From NCBI RefSeq assembly GCF_003018235.1, contig NZ_CP027437.1: 64,000 nt of DNA. The stretch is one strand, 5' to 3'. A program made the translations under genes and the position numbers. Positions 19,235 through 35,660 of the stretch are shown here, in pieces. Numbering within the stretch: position 1 is the stretch's first letter; every line of letters starts with the position of its first letter. The stretch is from Escherichia coli. GTDB lineage: Bacteria > Pseudomonadota > Gammaproteobacteria > Enterobacterales > Enterobacteriaceae. The notes beneath the pieces are model-generated. The model worked only from the letters and a program-made list of their open reading frames with translations, was not told the DNA's origin and did not search any database.

Positions 19235-20743
19235 TTACTGCTGCGGAATAGCGGGTACAGCCGGAACGTTTAATGCCGGCATCGCAAACATCCCAACAAA
19301 ATCTTCCAGTGGCATTTTCTGCCCGTTTAACGTGATCTGACCGTTAGCATATTGCAGGCTGGTGGTGATGGTATTGTCCTGCAAGGTGGTCAGACGGAAC
19401 ATCTGCCCCATTGCTGATGCACCTTCAACTTGCTGTTTCGCCAGTTTTTTCGCTTGATCTTCCTGATAACCTTCCAGCTTCGCTACCTGAGTCATAAACT
19501 CAGTTGCCATATCCACCGGAATGGTCAGTTTCGCATCCAGAGATTTAACCGAGCGGTCTACTTCCTGCGCCAGCGTTTGCGGCGCTTCTTTAGTCGTTGC
19601 CGGATCTTTCAGGAACAGCGACAGATTCAGCGCACTTTCACCCTGACTGTTTTTCCAGCTTAGCGGCGCGATAGTAATCACCGGATCGCCTTTCAACATC
19701 AGCGGCAGGGCGCTAAAGAAGGCTTCCGTCACTTTCTCCTGATAAAGTTCGGGATTGTTGGCAATTTCTGGCTGTGCCAGCAGCGCCTGAGTTTGCGCGT
19801 TATATTGCTGGCTAAACTGATGCCAGGCTTCACCATCAATTTGGCCGACTTTTAGAGTCAGCTTGCCACTGCCCAGATCCTGATTCTGTACCTTCAGGCT
19901 GTTTAGCGAGTAATCCAGTTGGCTATTGATCGTTTTACCGTCATTGACCAGATCCGATTTACCGCTGATCTCCATGCCTTCCAGCAGTGCCAGTTCTTTG
20001 CCTTCCACTGAAATGGTCATTTTTTCCAGTGACAGTTTTTGGTTTCCTACGCGCTCACCAAAACTTGCCAGCGTGCTGGAACCGTCGGTTTTCAGATTAT
20101 TAAAGGTCAACTGCACTTTCTGGTTGTATTCGTTAACTGCGTCTATCCGACCACTTTGCGCCTCCCCGGAAAGGGAGATAGCTTTGCCGTCTCTGTCTGC
20201 ATTTAACTGGAACTCGCCGCCGCTAAAGGCGACTTTTTCATCCTTTTGCTCGTAATTCAGTGGCTTGAGCGAAATATCGGAACTGGAATCTCCGCTGTAA
20301 CCAATGCGGGAGTTAATCTCAAAAGGCGTTTCACCTTTTGCCATATCAAACAGTGGCTTGCTAACTTCGTTATTAACCAGCGTGGTTTGAATTGATGCCA
20401 TCGACGGGATCAGGTTCAGTTTTTTTAGCTGGGCAAGGGGGAAGGGACCATGATCAACCGATTCGTTGAAGATGACGCTCTGACCGCTTTTAATCCACGG
20501 ATTTTCTTTCCCGGCAATGGGTTTCACCAACAGTTGCAGCTGACTGCTGAATACGCCGCGATGATAGTTTTGATAACTCACTTCCAGGTTGGATTCAGGA
20601 GCGGTCAGTTTGAGTTGCGCGTTCGCCTGCGCGACCATGTCTTCGAGATGGGTTTCAATCTTCTTGCCTGTATACCATGCGCCGCCTGTCCAGACTACGC
20701 CTAGCGCAACAATGACGCCTACCGCTACCAGCGATTTATTCAT
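19235..20743 (-). CDS. ydgA: DUF945-family periplasmic protein YdgA
   Basis: 502-aa ORF with N-terminal signal/anchor; conserved position between uidC and manA. Confidence 0.85.
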   Translation of the reverse strand: MNKSLVAVGVIVALGVVWTGGAWYTGKKIETHLEDMVAQANAQLKLTAPESNLEVSYQNYHRGVFSSQLQLLVKPIAGKENPWIKSGQSVIFNESVDHGPFPLAQLKKLNLIPSMASIQTTLVNNEVSKPLFDMAKGETPFEINSRIGYSGDSSSDISLKPLNYEQKDEKVAFSGGEFQLNADRDGKAISLSGEAQSGRIDAVNEYNQKVQLTFNNLKTDGSSTLASFGERVGNQKLSLEKMTISVEGKELALLEGMEISGKSDLVNDGKTINSQLDYSLNSLKVQNQDLGSGKLTLKVGQIDGEAWHQFSQQYNAQTQALLAQPEIANNPELYQEKVTEAFFSALPLMLKGDPVITIAPLSWKNSQGESALNLSLFLKDPATTKEAPQTLAQEVDRSVKSLDAKLTIPVDMATEFMTQVAKLEGYQEDQAKKLAKQQVEGASAMGQMFRLTTLQDNTITTSLQYANGQITLNGQKMPLEDFVGMFAMPALNVPAVPAIPQQ

Positions 20744-20744
20744 A

Positions 20745-20785
20745 ATGATTATCCATAAAATGAAATCAGGCGGACTGGCCGCCTG
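20745..20785 (-). terminator. Putative manA terminator hairpin
   Basis: Inverted repeat caggcgg/ccgcctg followed on the minus strand by a T-rich tract. Confidence 0.45.
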
Positions 20786-20843
20786 AAGGTGTTATAAGCC
20801 TTTAATAAGCTTAGCAAGAGATGTTAATTTTTTCAGTAAGCTC

Positions 20844-22019
20844 TTACAGCTTGTTGTAAACACGCGCTAAACGGCCGTGGCCTTTGACAGTCACCGGTGA
20901 TTCGTTGGCGGCAATAAACGCTGATTCACCCGGTTTAAGCTGTAACTGCTGAGAACCTTTACACAGCGTTGCATCGCCTTCGACGCAGAACAAAATGGCG
21001 GCACTCTGCTGGCTGATGGTGGTTTCTTTATCACTAAGGTCATGCAGCGAGAAGGCAAAATCATCAACAGGAATCGGGAAGTCCAGTTCTGCACCTTGTT
21101 TCACCGGCTGGGTCAACAACTGGTTAGCCGGTTTGGCTTCGAACTTCACATTGGTAACCAGTTCCGGAATATCAATGTATTTAGGCGTCAGACCCGCACG
21201 CAGCACGTTATCGGAGTTAGCCATCACTTCCAGCGCCACGCCTTGCAGGTAAGCGTGCGGTGTTTCAGCGAACAGGAACATCGCTTCGCCAGGGTTCAAT
21301 TTCACCACATTCAGCAATAGCGGGGAGAACAGACCGCTGTCTTCCGGGTAAAATTCAGAAATTAAACGAATCGTTTGCCACGGTTCACCCTGCTGGCTGT
21401 CGAGCGCCGATTTTAAAATCGCCAGCGCGCGGGATTTTTCTTCCCCCTGCATATTCAGCAGGCTGGCGAACAGTTCGCTTAAACGTTCGGCATCAGGCTG
21501 TTGTAAAAAGTGAGCAATCGCCGGATGTGCACCTGCGACTGGCTGGAGTAGGGAAACAATCTCGGAAAATTCACGAAACGCGTTCATCGCAAGGAAAGGC
21601 GTCAGCGCAAAAACCAGCTCCGGCTTGTGGTTAGGATCTTTATAGTTACGCTCGGCGGCATCCATCGGAATACCTGCGGCATTTTCTTTGGCAAAACCGA
21701 TTTCAGAATTGCGTTTGTTTGGATGAACCTGAATGGAGAGCGGCTGTGCTGCGCATAATACTTTGAACAGGAAAGGCAGTTCGCCAAAGCGTTTGGCAAC
21801 GGCCTCTCCGAGCAGAGTCGATTTATCACTCTCAATCACATCACGCAGTGAAACGATATCTCCGGCGGCATTCTGCACTCGTGAACTGCTTTTTGGATGT
21901 GCGCCCATCCACAGCTCGGCCATCGGCTGGCTGGACGGATTTTCCATACCATAAAGTTCAGTCAACGCCGTTTTGCTGCCCCAGGCATAGTTTTGCACTG
22001 AGTTAATGAGTTTTTGCAT
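20844..22019 (-). CDS. manA: Mannose-6-phosphate isomerase
   Basis: ORF 20844..22097 trimmed to the Met of MQKLINSVQNYAWGSKTALTELYG, giving 391 aa; reverse-complement ATG at 22017-22019. Confidence 0.92.
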   Translation of the reverse strand: MQKLINSVQNYAWGSKTALTELYGMENPSSQPMAELWMGAHPKSSSRVQNAAGDIVSLRDVIESDKSTLLGEAVAKRFGELPFLFKVLCAAQPLSIQVHPNKRNSEIGFAKENAAGIPMDAAERNYKDPNHKPELVFALTPFLAMNAFREFSEIVSLLQPVAGAHPAIAHFLQQPDAERLSELFASLLNMQGEEKSRALAILKSALDSQQGEPWQTIRLISEFYPEDSGLFSPLLLNVVKLNPGEAMFLFAETPHAYLQGVALEVMANSDNVLRAGLTPKYIDIPELVTNVKFEAKPANQLLTQPVKQGAELDFPIPVDDFAFSLHDLSDKETTISQQSAAILFCVEGDATLCKGSQQLQLKPGESAFIAANESPVTVKGHGRLARVYNKL

Positions 22020-22217
22020 GATCAATCCCTGTTTTAATGTGGAAATTAATCCCGCTATTAAAGCAAGAATCCTACGGGAAGTAACCTGGAGCCGCAAAAA
22101 GTCGTACTAGTCTCAGTTTTTGTTAAAAAAGTGTGTAGGATATTGTTACTCGCTTTTAACAGGGCAACGGAACACCCGCCCAGAGCATAACCAAACCAGG
22201 CAGTAAGTGAGAGAACA

Positions 22218-23864
22218 ATGTCAAACAAACCCTTTCATTATCAGGCTCCTTTTCCACTCAAAAAAGATGATACTGAGTATTACCTGCTAACCAGCGAACA
22301 CGTTAGCGTATCTGAATTTGAAGGGCAGGAGATTTTGAAAGTCGCACCCGAAGCGTTAACTTTGTTGGCGCGTCAGGCGTTTCATGATGCGTCATTTATG
22401 CTGCGTCCGGCTCACCAACAACAGGTGGCCGACATTCTGCGTGACCCGGAAGCCAGCGAAAATGATAAATATGTGGCGCTGCAATTCCTGCGCAACTCCG
22501 ACATCGCGGCGAAAGGCGTTCTGCCAACCTGTCAGGATACCGGCACCGCGATTATTGTTGGTAAAAAAGGGCAGCGTGTATGGACCGGTGGCGGTGATGA
22601 AGCGGCGCTGGCACGCGGTGTCTATAACACTTATATCGAAGATAATCTGCGCTACTCGCAAAACGCGCCGCTGGATATGTATAAAGAGGTGAATACCGGC
22701 ACCAATCTACCAGCGCAGATCGATCTTTATGCCGTTGATGGCGACGAGTACAAATTCCTCTGTATCGCCAAAGGTGGCGGTTCGGCAAACAAGACGTATC
22801 TCTATCAGGAAACCAAAGCGTTACTAACGCCGGGGAAACTGAAAAATTACCTGGTTGAGAAGATGCGCACGCTGGGTACGGCGGCCTGTCCTCCGTATCA
22901 TATTGCGTTCGTTATTGGTGGAACTTCTGCAGAAACGAACCTTAAAACGGTGAAACTGGCTTCCGCTAAATACTATGATGAACTGCCAACGGAAGGGAAT
23001 GAGCACGGACAGGCGTTCCGCGATGTGGAACTGGAAAAAGAATTGCTGATCGAAGCGCAAAATCTTGGTCTGGGTGCGCAGTTTGGCGGTAAATACTTCG
23101 CTCACGACATCCGCGTGATTCGCCTGCCACGTCACGGCGCATCCTGCCCGGTCGGTATGGGCGTCTCCTGTTCTGCTGACCGTAATATCAAAGCAAAGAT
23201 CAACCGTCAGGGGATTTGGATCGAAAAACTGGAACATAATCCAGGCAAATATATCCCGGAAGAGCTGCGCAAAGCGGGAGAAGGCGAAGCGGTGCGCGTT
23301 GACCTTAACCGTCCGATGAAAGAGATCCTCGCACAGTTGTCGCAGTATCCCGTTTCTACACGCTTATCGCTGAATGGCACGATTATCGTTGGTCGTGATA
23401 TTGCTCACGCCAAACTGAAAGAGCGGATGGATAACGGTGAAGGGCTGCCGCAGTACATTAAAGATCATCCGATTTACTACGCGGGTCCGGCCAAAACGCC
23501 GGAAGGTTATGCTTCCGGTTCTCTTGGCCCAACGACCGCCGGCCGGATGGATTCTTATGTCGATCAACTGCAAGCGCAGGGCGGAAGTATGATCATGCTG
23601 GCGAAAGGCAACCGCAGCCAGCAGGTGACGGATGCCTGTAAAAAACACGGCGGCTTCTACCTTGGCAGTATCGGTGGTCCGGCCGCTGTATTGGCGCAGG
23701 GTAGTATTAAGAGCCTGGAATGTGTTGAATATCCGGAACTGGGAATGGAAGCCATCTGGAAAATTGAAGTGGAAGATTTCCCGGCATTTATCCTTGTGGA
23801 TGATAAAGGAAATGACTTCTTCCAGCAGATACAACTCACACAGTGCACCCGCTGTGTGAAATAA
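22218..23864 (+). CDS. fumA: Fumarate hydratase class I (aerobic, Fe-S)
   Basis: 548-aa [33 protein letters not shown]... recognised as FumA. Confidence 0.95.
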   Translation: MSNKPFHYQAPFPLKKDDTEYYLLTSEHVSVSEFEGQEILKVAPEALTLLARQAFHDASFMLRPAHQQQVADILRDPEASENDKYVALQFLRNSDIAAKGVLPTCQDTGTAIIVGKKGQRVWTGGGDEAALARGVYNTYIEDNLRYSQNAPLDMYKEVNTGTNLPAQIDLYAVDGDEYKFLCIAKGGGSANKTYLYQETKALLTPGKLKNYLVEKMRTLGTAACPPYHIAFVIGGTSAETNLKTVKLASAKYYDELPTEGNEHGQAFRDVELEKELLIEAQNLGLGAQFGGKYFAHDIRVIRLPRHGASCPVGMGVSCSADRNIKAKINRQGIWIEKLEHNPGKYIPEELRKAGEGEAVRVDLNRPMKEILAQLSQYPVSTRLSLNGTIIVGRDIAHAKLKERMDNGEGLPQYIKDHPIYYAGPAKTPEGYASGSLGPTTAGRMDSYVDQLQAQGGSMIMLAKGNRSQQVTDACKKHGGFYLGSIGGPAAVLAQGSIKSLECVEYPELGMEAIWKIEVEDFPAFILVDDKGNDFFQQIQLTQCTRCVK

Positions 23865-23868
23865 ACAG

Positions 23869-23893
23869 AGCCGCCCTTCGGGGCGGTTTTTTT
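23869..23893 (+). terminator. fumA rho-independent terminator
   Basis: Hairpin ccgccc-ttcg-gggcgg followed by T7, 5 nt after the fumA stop. Confidence 0.85.
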
Positions 23894-24006
23894 ACATGGC
23901 ACGAAAGACCAAACATTTGTTATCAAATAGTAAATAATAAGTGAGCTAAAAGTTGCTTAACGAAAGCAAAACAGAAAGAAAAAGTTAATCAGGTGAGGAG
24001 CAGGCC

Positions 24007-26369
<2,363 letters not shown>

Positions 26370-26411
26370 TTATAGCACAGTGGTGGTGACTTGACCACCG
26401 TGCGCGTAATG

Positions 26412-27713
26412 TCAAGCAGAGGTAAATTGCGGGATGTTATGCCATAACGGCCAACTAAACGAGAAGCGGGCACCACCCAGTTCGCTGGTGTCACAATTAA
26501 CCGTACCGCCCATTGCTAGTGCTATAGAGTGGACAATCGCCAACCCCAGTCCGCAGCCGCCGGTTGAGCGATCCCGGCTGGGATCGAGGCGAACAAAAGG
26601 TTCAAAGATATGTTCGCGGTTTTCAGGGGCAATCCCTGGGCCATCATCCTCAACAATTAATGTCGCTCTATTCCCCGACAGTAGCAGGCTGGTTTCAACC
26701 GTTGAGTGACAGTAGCGCAGGGCGTTATTGAGCAAATTATCCAGCACGCGCTCCATTAAGCGCATATCCAACGCCGCATAATGGTCTTGCATGAGCGTTT
26801 TTATCCGTACCGTTTTATCGGGCGTTACTGCCTGAATATCTGCCAGATGCGTTGACAGCCATAACGGCAGGTCTGGTTCGCTAAGATGAAGCTCATTTTG
26901 TGGGCGATCGAGTCGGGCATAAGTCAGTAGCTCTTCAATTAAAGCTTCAAGTTGACTGATATCGCGATTCAACGCCTGGGATTCGGCGGCGCTCAGGTTA
27001 TCACTCATCTCCAGTCGATAACGCAAGCGCACTAACGGCGTTCGCAGTTCGTGAGCGATTCCGTCGATAAGCTGTTTTTTGCTGGCAATCAAGGCGTTGA
27101 TATTGTCCGCCATCTGGTTAAATGCGACGCCAAGTCGTTCAAAGCTCGAACCCTCATCAAAGTGGATACGTTCATTGAGATGCCCATCGCCAAATCGTTG
27201 CGCCGCTGCTTCCAGTTTTAACATATCCTGCCAGTGTGGACGCATCCAGATAAACACCGGAAAGGCGAGGGAAATGGCAATAAAAGCGATCAGGGCGATA
27301 TCCAGTAATCGCATCTGATGGAGGTAATAAAGATAAGGAACAGGACCAACTGCCAGCACGTAGTGGCTGCGCGGGATACGTTGCAAAAAGGTGTACTGAT
27401 CGTCCAGAGCGACAATTTCGCCGCCACGCAGCCGGTGCATGGAAATATCATCCAGATGGTATTTACTCAGTGGCTCGACACGCAGATCGAAAGAGAGATT
27501 TAAATCCATCTCTTTCAGCGTCTTACCCCAGTCGTGTGGGGGGATCTCACGCAATTCGCTACGCATCAGATACAGCGAACTGTTCATCAAATCATCCAGC
27601 GACTGTTTGCCCGCGCGTTCGGCGGTAAATTTGTACACCAGCCCGACCAGCAGAGACATCACAAGGAAGCAGACAAACAATAACAGGTAAAACTGGATAA
27701 ACAGTTTTTTCAT
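26412..27713 (-). CDS. rstB: Two-component sensor histidine kinase RstB
   Basis: 433-aa ORF with two TM segments, HAMP domain, H-box (GIAHELRTPL) and ATPase motifs. Confidence 0.9.
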   Translation of the reverse strand: MKKLFIQFYLLLFVCFLVMSLLVGLVYKFTAERAGKQSLDDLMNSSLYLMRSELREIPPHDWGKTLKEMDLNLSFDLRVEPLSKYHLDDISMHRLRGGEIVALDDQYTFLQRIPRSHYVLAVGPVPYLYYLHQMRLLDIALIAFIAISLAFPVFIWMRPHWQDMLKLEAAAQRFGDGHLNERIHFDEGSSFERLGVAFNQMADNINALIASKKQLIDGIAHELRTPLVRLRYRLEMSDNLSAAESQALNRDISQLEALIEELLTYARLDRPQNELHLSEPDLPLWLSTHLADIQAVTPDKTVRIKTLMQDHYAALDMRLMERVLDNLLNNALRYCHSTVETSLLLSGNRATLIVEDDGPGIAPENREHIFEPFVRLDPSRDRSTGGCGLGLAIVHSIALAMGGTVNCDTSELGGARFSFSWPLWHNIPQFTSA

Positions 27714-27716
27714 CGC

Positions 27717-28436
27717 TTATTCCCATGCATGAGGCGCAAAAAGATAGCCTTTGTTACGCACAGTTTTAATGCGATAAGGTTCTGCGGCGTTATCGAGCAG
27801 TTTTTTTCTTAACCGCGAAATAGCCACGTCCACGCTACGATCCAGTCCGTCATAACTGACGCCACGTAAATTTTTCAGCAATGCATCGCGGTCCATGATT
27901 TGCCCAGCATGGGTAGCTAATTCCCACAATAATTCGAAATCAGCTGTCGAGAGCGAGATTTCAGTGTTAGCCAGGGTGACTACGCGGTTGATAGGATCGA
28001 TGGTCAACGTGCCGAAATGCAGGGCTTTGTAGGGAGTCAGTGACGTTTCCTGAAGACCTTTGGTCAGCGTGGCTTGCTCATTCTGACGCAAATGCAAACG
28101 TAAACGCGCTAACAAAACAGCAGGGGGCGTCGTTTTGAGAATATAGTCGCAGGCACCCATTTCCAGTGCCAGGATGTGGTTCATATCGCTATCGAGAGAG
28201 GTTAGAAGAACAATCGGTCCGGACCACTTTGCGCGTAAATCACGACAAATGGTCATGCCGTCCTTGCCTGGTAGCATGATGTCGAGTAACACCAAATCCG
28301 GATTTTCTCGCAGAATAGTTTCTTCGGCCTGGTCGCCGCGCGGCTCTACGGTAACCTGCATATCATGTTTTGCCAGGTACGCGGCAATCAGTGAACCGAC
28401 TTCCGCATCATCTTCCACAAATACGATAGTGTTCAT
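27717..28436 (-). CDS. rstA: OmpR-family response regulator RstA
   Basis: ORF 27717..28496 trimmed to MNTIVFVEDDAEVG (239 aa); receiver plus winged-helix domains. Confidence 0.9.
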   Translation of the reverse strand: MNTIVFVEDDAEVGSLIAAYLAKHDMQVTVEPRGDQAEETILRENPDLVLLDIMLPGKDGMTICRDLRAKWSGPIVLLTSLDSDMNHILALEMGACDYILKTTPPAVLLARLRLHLRQNEQATLTKGLQETSLTPYKALHFGTLTIDPINRVVTLANTEISLSTADFELLWELATHAGQIMDRDALLKNLRGVSYDGLDRSVDVAISRLRKKLLDNAAEPYRIKTVRNKGYLFAPHAWE

Positions 28437-28564
28437 ATTATTCACGGTAGATATAAAAACGTCACAATACACCGCGCTGTTTTTACTTACTATCAATCGT
28501 TTCTAAACAAGGTTTCATCAGGTATTCTACTGATGACTTGTTATGGAAGTGTTAAGGTAAAAAG

Positions 28565-28900
28565 ATGGGGCTGGTAATCAAAGCCGCGCTCGGTGCGCTG
28601 GTAGTGCTGTTGATTGGTGTTTTAGCAAAAACGAAAAATTATTATATCGCCGGGCTGATTCCACTTTTCCCGACCTTTGCGCTCATCGCGCATTATATTG
28701 TTGCCAGCGAACGCGGCATTGAAGCCTTACGCGCAACCATCATTTTTAGCATGTGGTCGATAATTCCCTATTTTGTTTACCTGGCGTCGCTGTGGTATTT
28801 CACCGGAATGATGCGCTTGCCCGCCGCTTTTGTTGGTTCTGTTGCATGCTGGGGGATAAGCGCATGGGTGTTGATTATATGCTGGATTAAGCTGCATTAA
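28565..28900 (+). CDS. ydgC: GlpM-family inner membrane protein YdgC
   Basis: 111-aa hydrophobic ORF; conserved position between rstA and folM. Confidence 0.8.
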   Translation: MGLVIKAALGALVVLLIGVLAKTKNYYIAGLIPLFPTFALIAHYIVASERGIEALRATIIFSMWSIIPYFVYLASLWYFTGMMRLPAAFVGSVACWGISAWVLIICWIKLH

Positions 28901-29619
28901 CGCAGATGACGACCGCCATCAAGAGGGAAACTGCGTCCGGTGACAAAGCAGCTGGTAAGTAAGTAATCGACCAGGTCGATTACTTCTTTCTCGCCAGGCG
29001 CGGTTTTCATCAGTGATTTATTCAGCGCCTGTTGTCGATATTCGGCATCATCATGCTCATTAAACAGGATCAGCGATGGCGCAATAGAATTCACTTTCAC
29101 TTCCGGTGCCAACTTGCGGGCAAACGAGCGGGTCATATTATCCAGTGCCGCTTTGCTTGCAGCATAGGCAATATGTTTGTCGCTACCGCGCTCCACCACA
29201 TAATCGGTAAAGTGAATAATATCGCTGGCGGCGTGTCCGTGCCCACGCAGTAATCTTTCCAGGGCATGGTTGAGTAGATATGGGGTATTAACGTGGATCT
29301 GCATCATGCAATCCAGTACGTCGGTCAGTGGTGTACTTGGTTTTTCTGCCATCCACGCGCTGGCGTTATGCAAAATAGCACGCAGGCCATGGGTGCTTTT
29401 TAGTACTTCATCGGCAAACGCCATCACACCGTCGTTGGTCGAAAAATCAGCCTGAATACACTGCGCACCTGCGTTAATCAGTCCATCAATGGCTGGATAG
29501 TGCGTCCGATAGCTGATAATCACCGGTTGCTTTTGATTAATGAAATGCCATGCGAGGGCGAGGCCGATGCGACGACCACCGCCAGTAATTAATATTGGCA
29601 AGGGCTGGGCTTTACCCAT
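28897..29619 (-). CDS. folM: Dihydromonapterin reductase / alternative dihydrofolate reductase (SDR family)
   Basis: 240-aa ORF with SDR nucleotide-binding motif ITGGGRRIG; position. Confidence 0.85.
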   Translation of the reverse strand: MGKAQPLPILITGGGRRIGLALAWHFINQKQPVIISYRTHYPAIDGLINAGAQCIQADFSTNDGVMAFADEVLKSTHGLRAILHNASAWMAEKPSTPLTDVLDCMMQIHVNTPYLLNHALERLLRGHGHAASDIIHFTDYVVERGSDKHIAYAASKAALDNMTRSFARKLAPEVKVNSIAPSLILFNEHDDAEYRQQALNKSLMKTAPGEKEVIDLVDYLLTSCFVTGRSFPLDGGRHLR

Positions 29620-29655
29620 CGTTATCTCCTTTGCTATCCAACGATGGGATGAACG

Positions 29656-31038
29656 TTATCCCACCAGCATCCAGGTCGCCGGAACTGAGGCAATTAACAG
29701 CATGCCAATCAGCACCATTTCCTGACGATTCAGTACATTATCATGGGTATGCGTTTTACGCGCGTACAGGAAAACCAGCAGCCCCGGTGCATACAGAACA
29801 ACGGATAACAGCAAGTGCATTGGACCAGAGGCGTACAATAACCATAAGCCATAAATGCAGGCACCGACACCTACCGCTTTATGCAGTGGACGGGTTGCGA
29901 TTTTCAGCAAGAACGCGCCGACCAGGAAATAGGGCACCAGAATCATTTCTGAGGCGATGGTCAGCAACGTGTTGTAATCGGAACCGGTCAGCCAGATGAG
30001 TACCAGACAAATTTGCACGCAGATGTTGGTCAACCACAGTGAGGCGGATGGCGCAGCTTGTGCGTTCTGGCGCGCAAAAATGCGCGGGAATGCTTTATGA
30101 GTGGCGGCCAGGAACGGAACTTCTGCCGCCATGATGGTCCAGCTTAAGTACGCGCCGCAAACGGAAACGATCAAACCGGCAGCGATGATGATTTCGCCCC
30201 ACGGTCCCATCATTTCCACCATCAGACCGGCCATTGACGGGTTACGAATTTCAGCCAGTTCAGGACGTGCCACCACGCCCAGCGAAAGCAGCGTTACCAG
30301 CAAGTAAACGCCCAGAGCGGAGAGAACCGCCAGCAGTGTCGCTTTGCCAACATCACGTTTATTACGCGCACGCGCAGAAACAACCACGGCACCTTCCACA
30401 CCAATGAAAACCCACAGGGTGATCAGCATGGTGTTTTTCACCTGTTCCCACACGGGTACGCCAAGTGCAAGTCCGGTGAAGTCGAGCTTGAAGGTATCCA
30501 GTTTGAACATCATCATCGCCAGCACAACAAACAGACCCAGCGGCAACAATTTTGCCAGTGTTGCCACCAGGTTAATGCTGGCAGCGGTTTGCACCCCGCG
30601 CAGGATCAAAAAGTGAACAATCCACAATAAAGCCGATGCACCGACGATCGATTGCCAGGTATTACCATCGCCAAACAGGCGCAATTCCGGCGTGTCCGTA
30701 AAAAAGCTTAACGCGGAAAAAACGATCACCAGATAGGAGACGTTGGCGATGACCGCGCACAGCCAGTATCCCCATGCGGAACAAAAGCCGATTAGCTCGC
30801 CAAACCCTTCGCGGGCATAGGTAAAGATACCGCCGTCAAGTTCGGGACGAATGCGCGTGAGGATCAGCATGGCAAAGGCCAGCAATAAAATGCCTGCGCC
30901 AGTAATACCCCAGCCGATGAGCAGTGCAGCCGGGCTGGCAACTGCCGCCATATTTTGCGGCAGACTGAAAACACCCGCGCCCAGCATTGAGCTTAATACC
31001 AGCGCGGTGAGTGCGCTCAGTCCCAGTTTCTTTTCCAT
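29656..31038 (-). CDS. ydgI: APC-family arginine:ornithine-type antiporter YdgI
   Basis: 460-aa 12-TM ORF; position between folM and ydgH. Confidence 0.85.
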   Translation of the reverse strand: MEKKLGLSALTALVLSSMLGAGVFSLPQNMAAVASPAALLIGWGITGAGILLLAFAMLILTRIRPELDGGIFTYAREGFGELIGFCSAWGYWLCAVIANVSYLVIVFSALSFFTDTPELRLFGDGNTWQSIVGASALLWIVHFLILRGVQTAASINLVATLAKLLPLGLFVVLAMMMFKLDTFKLDFTGLALGVPVWEQVKNTMLITLWVFIGVEGAVVVSARARNKRDVGKATLLAVLSALGVYLLVTLLSLGVVARPELAEIRNPSMAGLMVEMMGPWGEIIIAAGLIVSVCGAYLSWTIMAAEVPFLAATHKAFPRIFARQNAQAAPSASLWLTNICVQICLVLIWLTGSDYNTLLTIASEMILVPYFLVGAFLLKIATRPLHKAVGVGACIYGLWLLYASGPMHLLLSVVLYAPGLLVFLYARKTHTHDNVLNRQEMVLIGMLLIASVPATWMLVG

Positions 31039-31223
31039 CGATATCCAGTGATTAAAACGTGATAAGAAGAATAAATATCAGGGCAAAACGCATAAAAATG
31101 GAGTTTGCCACTGAAGCGCGGGATTTTACGAAGAGATGTGTCTGCATGCAATGGTCGCGGGGAAATTTGTGACTAAAAATGCGAAAGGCGGCATCAAGCC
31201 GCCTTATAGGAGTAACTGAATAG

Positions 31224-32168
31224 TTATTTATACAAATCTGCGCTGACGGTCAGGTTATTACCACGTTCCTGCCACTGGCGGGTGATGTGGTAATACTTAG
31301 CACCTTTCTTCGCGGCACGTTTCGCAACCTGATAGGAGACTTCGGTCATGTTGCCGTAGTTGCCAGAGAATTTGATGCTGTCGAACGGGACCATCATCGC
31401 TGCGGTCGCTTTGTTCAGTTCTTCGACTTTAGTGCCATCCGGGAGCGTGACGGTGTAACGCCCGCCTTTTGATGACTGGGTTTCAAAGAAGCGACCGACT
31501 TCAGAACTTGGTGATGCGGTAGTCGCAACACCCGGGATCTCAACTTTCTTCGCGGCTTCGCCACCGGCAGCCAGAGCTGCACGTCCTGCTTCGGAATCTG
31601 CCGGGATCACATCCGGGCTCTGGACGATACGTTTCTTAGCATCTTTTTTATAGATGAATGCAGTAATACGCTGGTTGCCGCCCTGGTTGGCATCGATTTG
31701 ACGAACGATGTAGAAAGAGTAGGCACCTTTCGCTTTTGCCGCTTTGGTGATGGCATCATTGACTTCTGGCTGGCTACGATAGAAGCCCTGGACGGTGACC
31801 GTGTCAAACGGTTCAATCAGAACGGCCTGATCTTTCGGCAGTTCGACAACTCCGTTAATTACGCGATTACTTGTTTCTTCTGCTTTTTCAGCATCGGCTT
31901 TATAGAGGTCAGCGACCACACGCCAGTTACCGCTGTTACCAAAATCAGAAGTGTCGACAACATAAAAAGAGGCGGCACCTTCTTTATCTGCGCGACGAGA
32001 AACGGCTTTCACCGCTTCGCCAATAGCATTAAAACGACCGGTAACCACTACACGGTCAAAAGGTTTAACCGCTGCCGCTTGCTCCGGTGTCAGTTCTGTT
32101 GCTGCGTTAACGGAGAATGCCGTAGCAGAAAGCAGTGCCGACGCCAGGAGGGTGTTCTTAAGCTTCAT
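31224..32168 (-). CDS. ydgH: DUF1471 (YdgH/BhsA/McbA-like) periplasmic protein with three repeats
   Basis: 314-aa ORF with signal peptide and three internally repeated domains. Confidence 0.85.
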   Translation of the reverse strand: MKLKNTLLASALLSATAFSVNAATELTPEQAAAVKPFDRVVVTGRFNAIGEAVKAVSRRADKEGAASFYVVDTSDFGNSGNWRVVADLYKADAEKAEETSNRVINGVVELPKDQAVLIEPFDTVTVQGFYRSQPEVNDAITKAAKAKGAYSFYIVRQIDANQGGNQRITAFIYKKDAKKRIVQSPDVIPADSEAGRAALAAGGEAAKKVEIPGVATTASPSSEVGRFFETQSSKGGRYTVTLPDGTKVEELNKATAAMMVPFDSIKFSGNYGNMTEVSYQVAKRAAKKGAKYYHITRQWQERGNNLTVSADLYK

Positions 32169-32628
32169 AAAAATAATCCTTCGCCTTGCGCAAACCAGGT
32201 ACTGGTATTGTTATTAACGAGAAACGTGGCTGATTATTGCATTTAAACGGTGTAACTGTCTGCGTCATTTTTCATATCACATTCCTTAAGCCAATTTTAA
32301 TCCTGCTCAAATGACCGTCTATGCTTAAAAAACAGCCGTATCAGCATCAATACTACTGAAGCAACTGAATTGTATAAGTTAATTTAATGTTAAGTAGTGA
32401 TTCGTGCCGGGGCGATGTCTCGTTTTACCTGACCGTCGAAGACAATTATCAGTCTTTATCCGGCGTTCTAAGGTGTTTATCCCACTATCACGGCTGAATC
32501 GTTAATATTTTGCGAGTTCACGCCGAAATACTGATTTTTGGCGCTAGATCACAGGCATAATTTTCAGTACGTTATAGGGCGTTTGTTACTAATTTATTTT
32601 AACGGAGTAACATTTAGCTCGTACATGA

Positions 32629-34224
<1,596 letters not shown>

Positions 34225-34231
34225 GGGGTAA

Positions 34232-35623
<1,392 letters not shown>

Positions 35624-35627
35624 CCCT

Positions 35628-35660
35628 GACGGCCTCTGCGGAGGCCGTCACTCTTTATTG
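35628..35660 (+). terminator. pntAB terminator hairpin (overlaps the convergent tqsA 3' end)
   Basis: gacggcctc-tgcg-gaggccgtc perfect hairpin followed by ctctttatt. Confidence 0.55.

Noticed and set aside
28437-28564. Possible PhoP box upstream of rstA (GTTTC...GGTTTC direct-repeat-like sequence)
   Set aside because: The match to the PhoP direct-repeat consensus is too loose to call by eye without a position weight matrix
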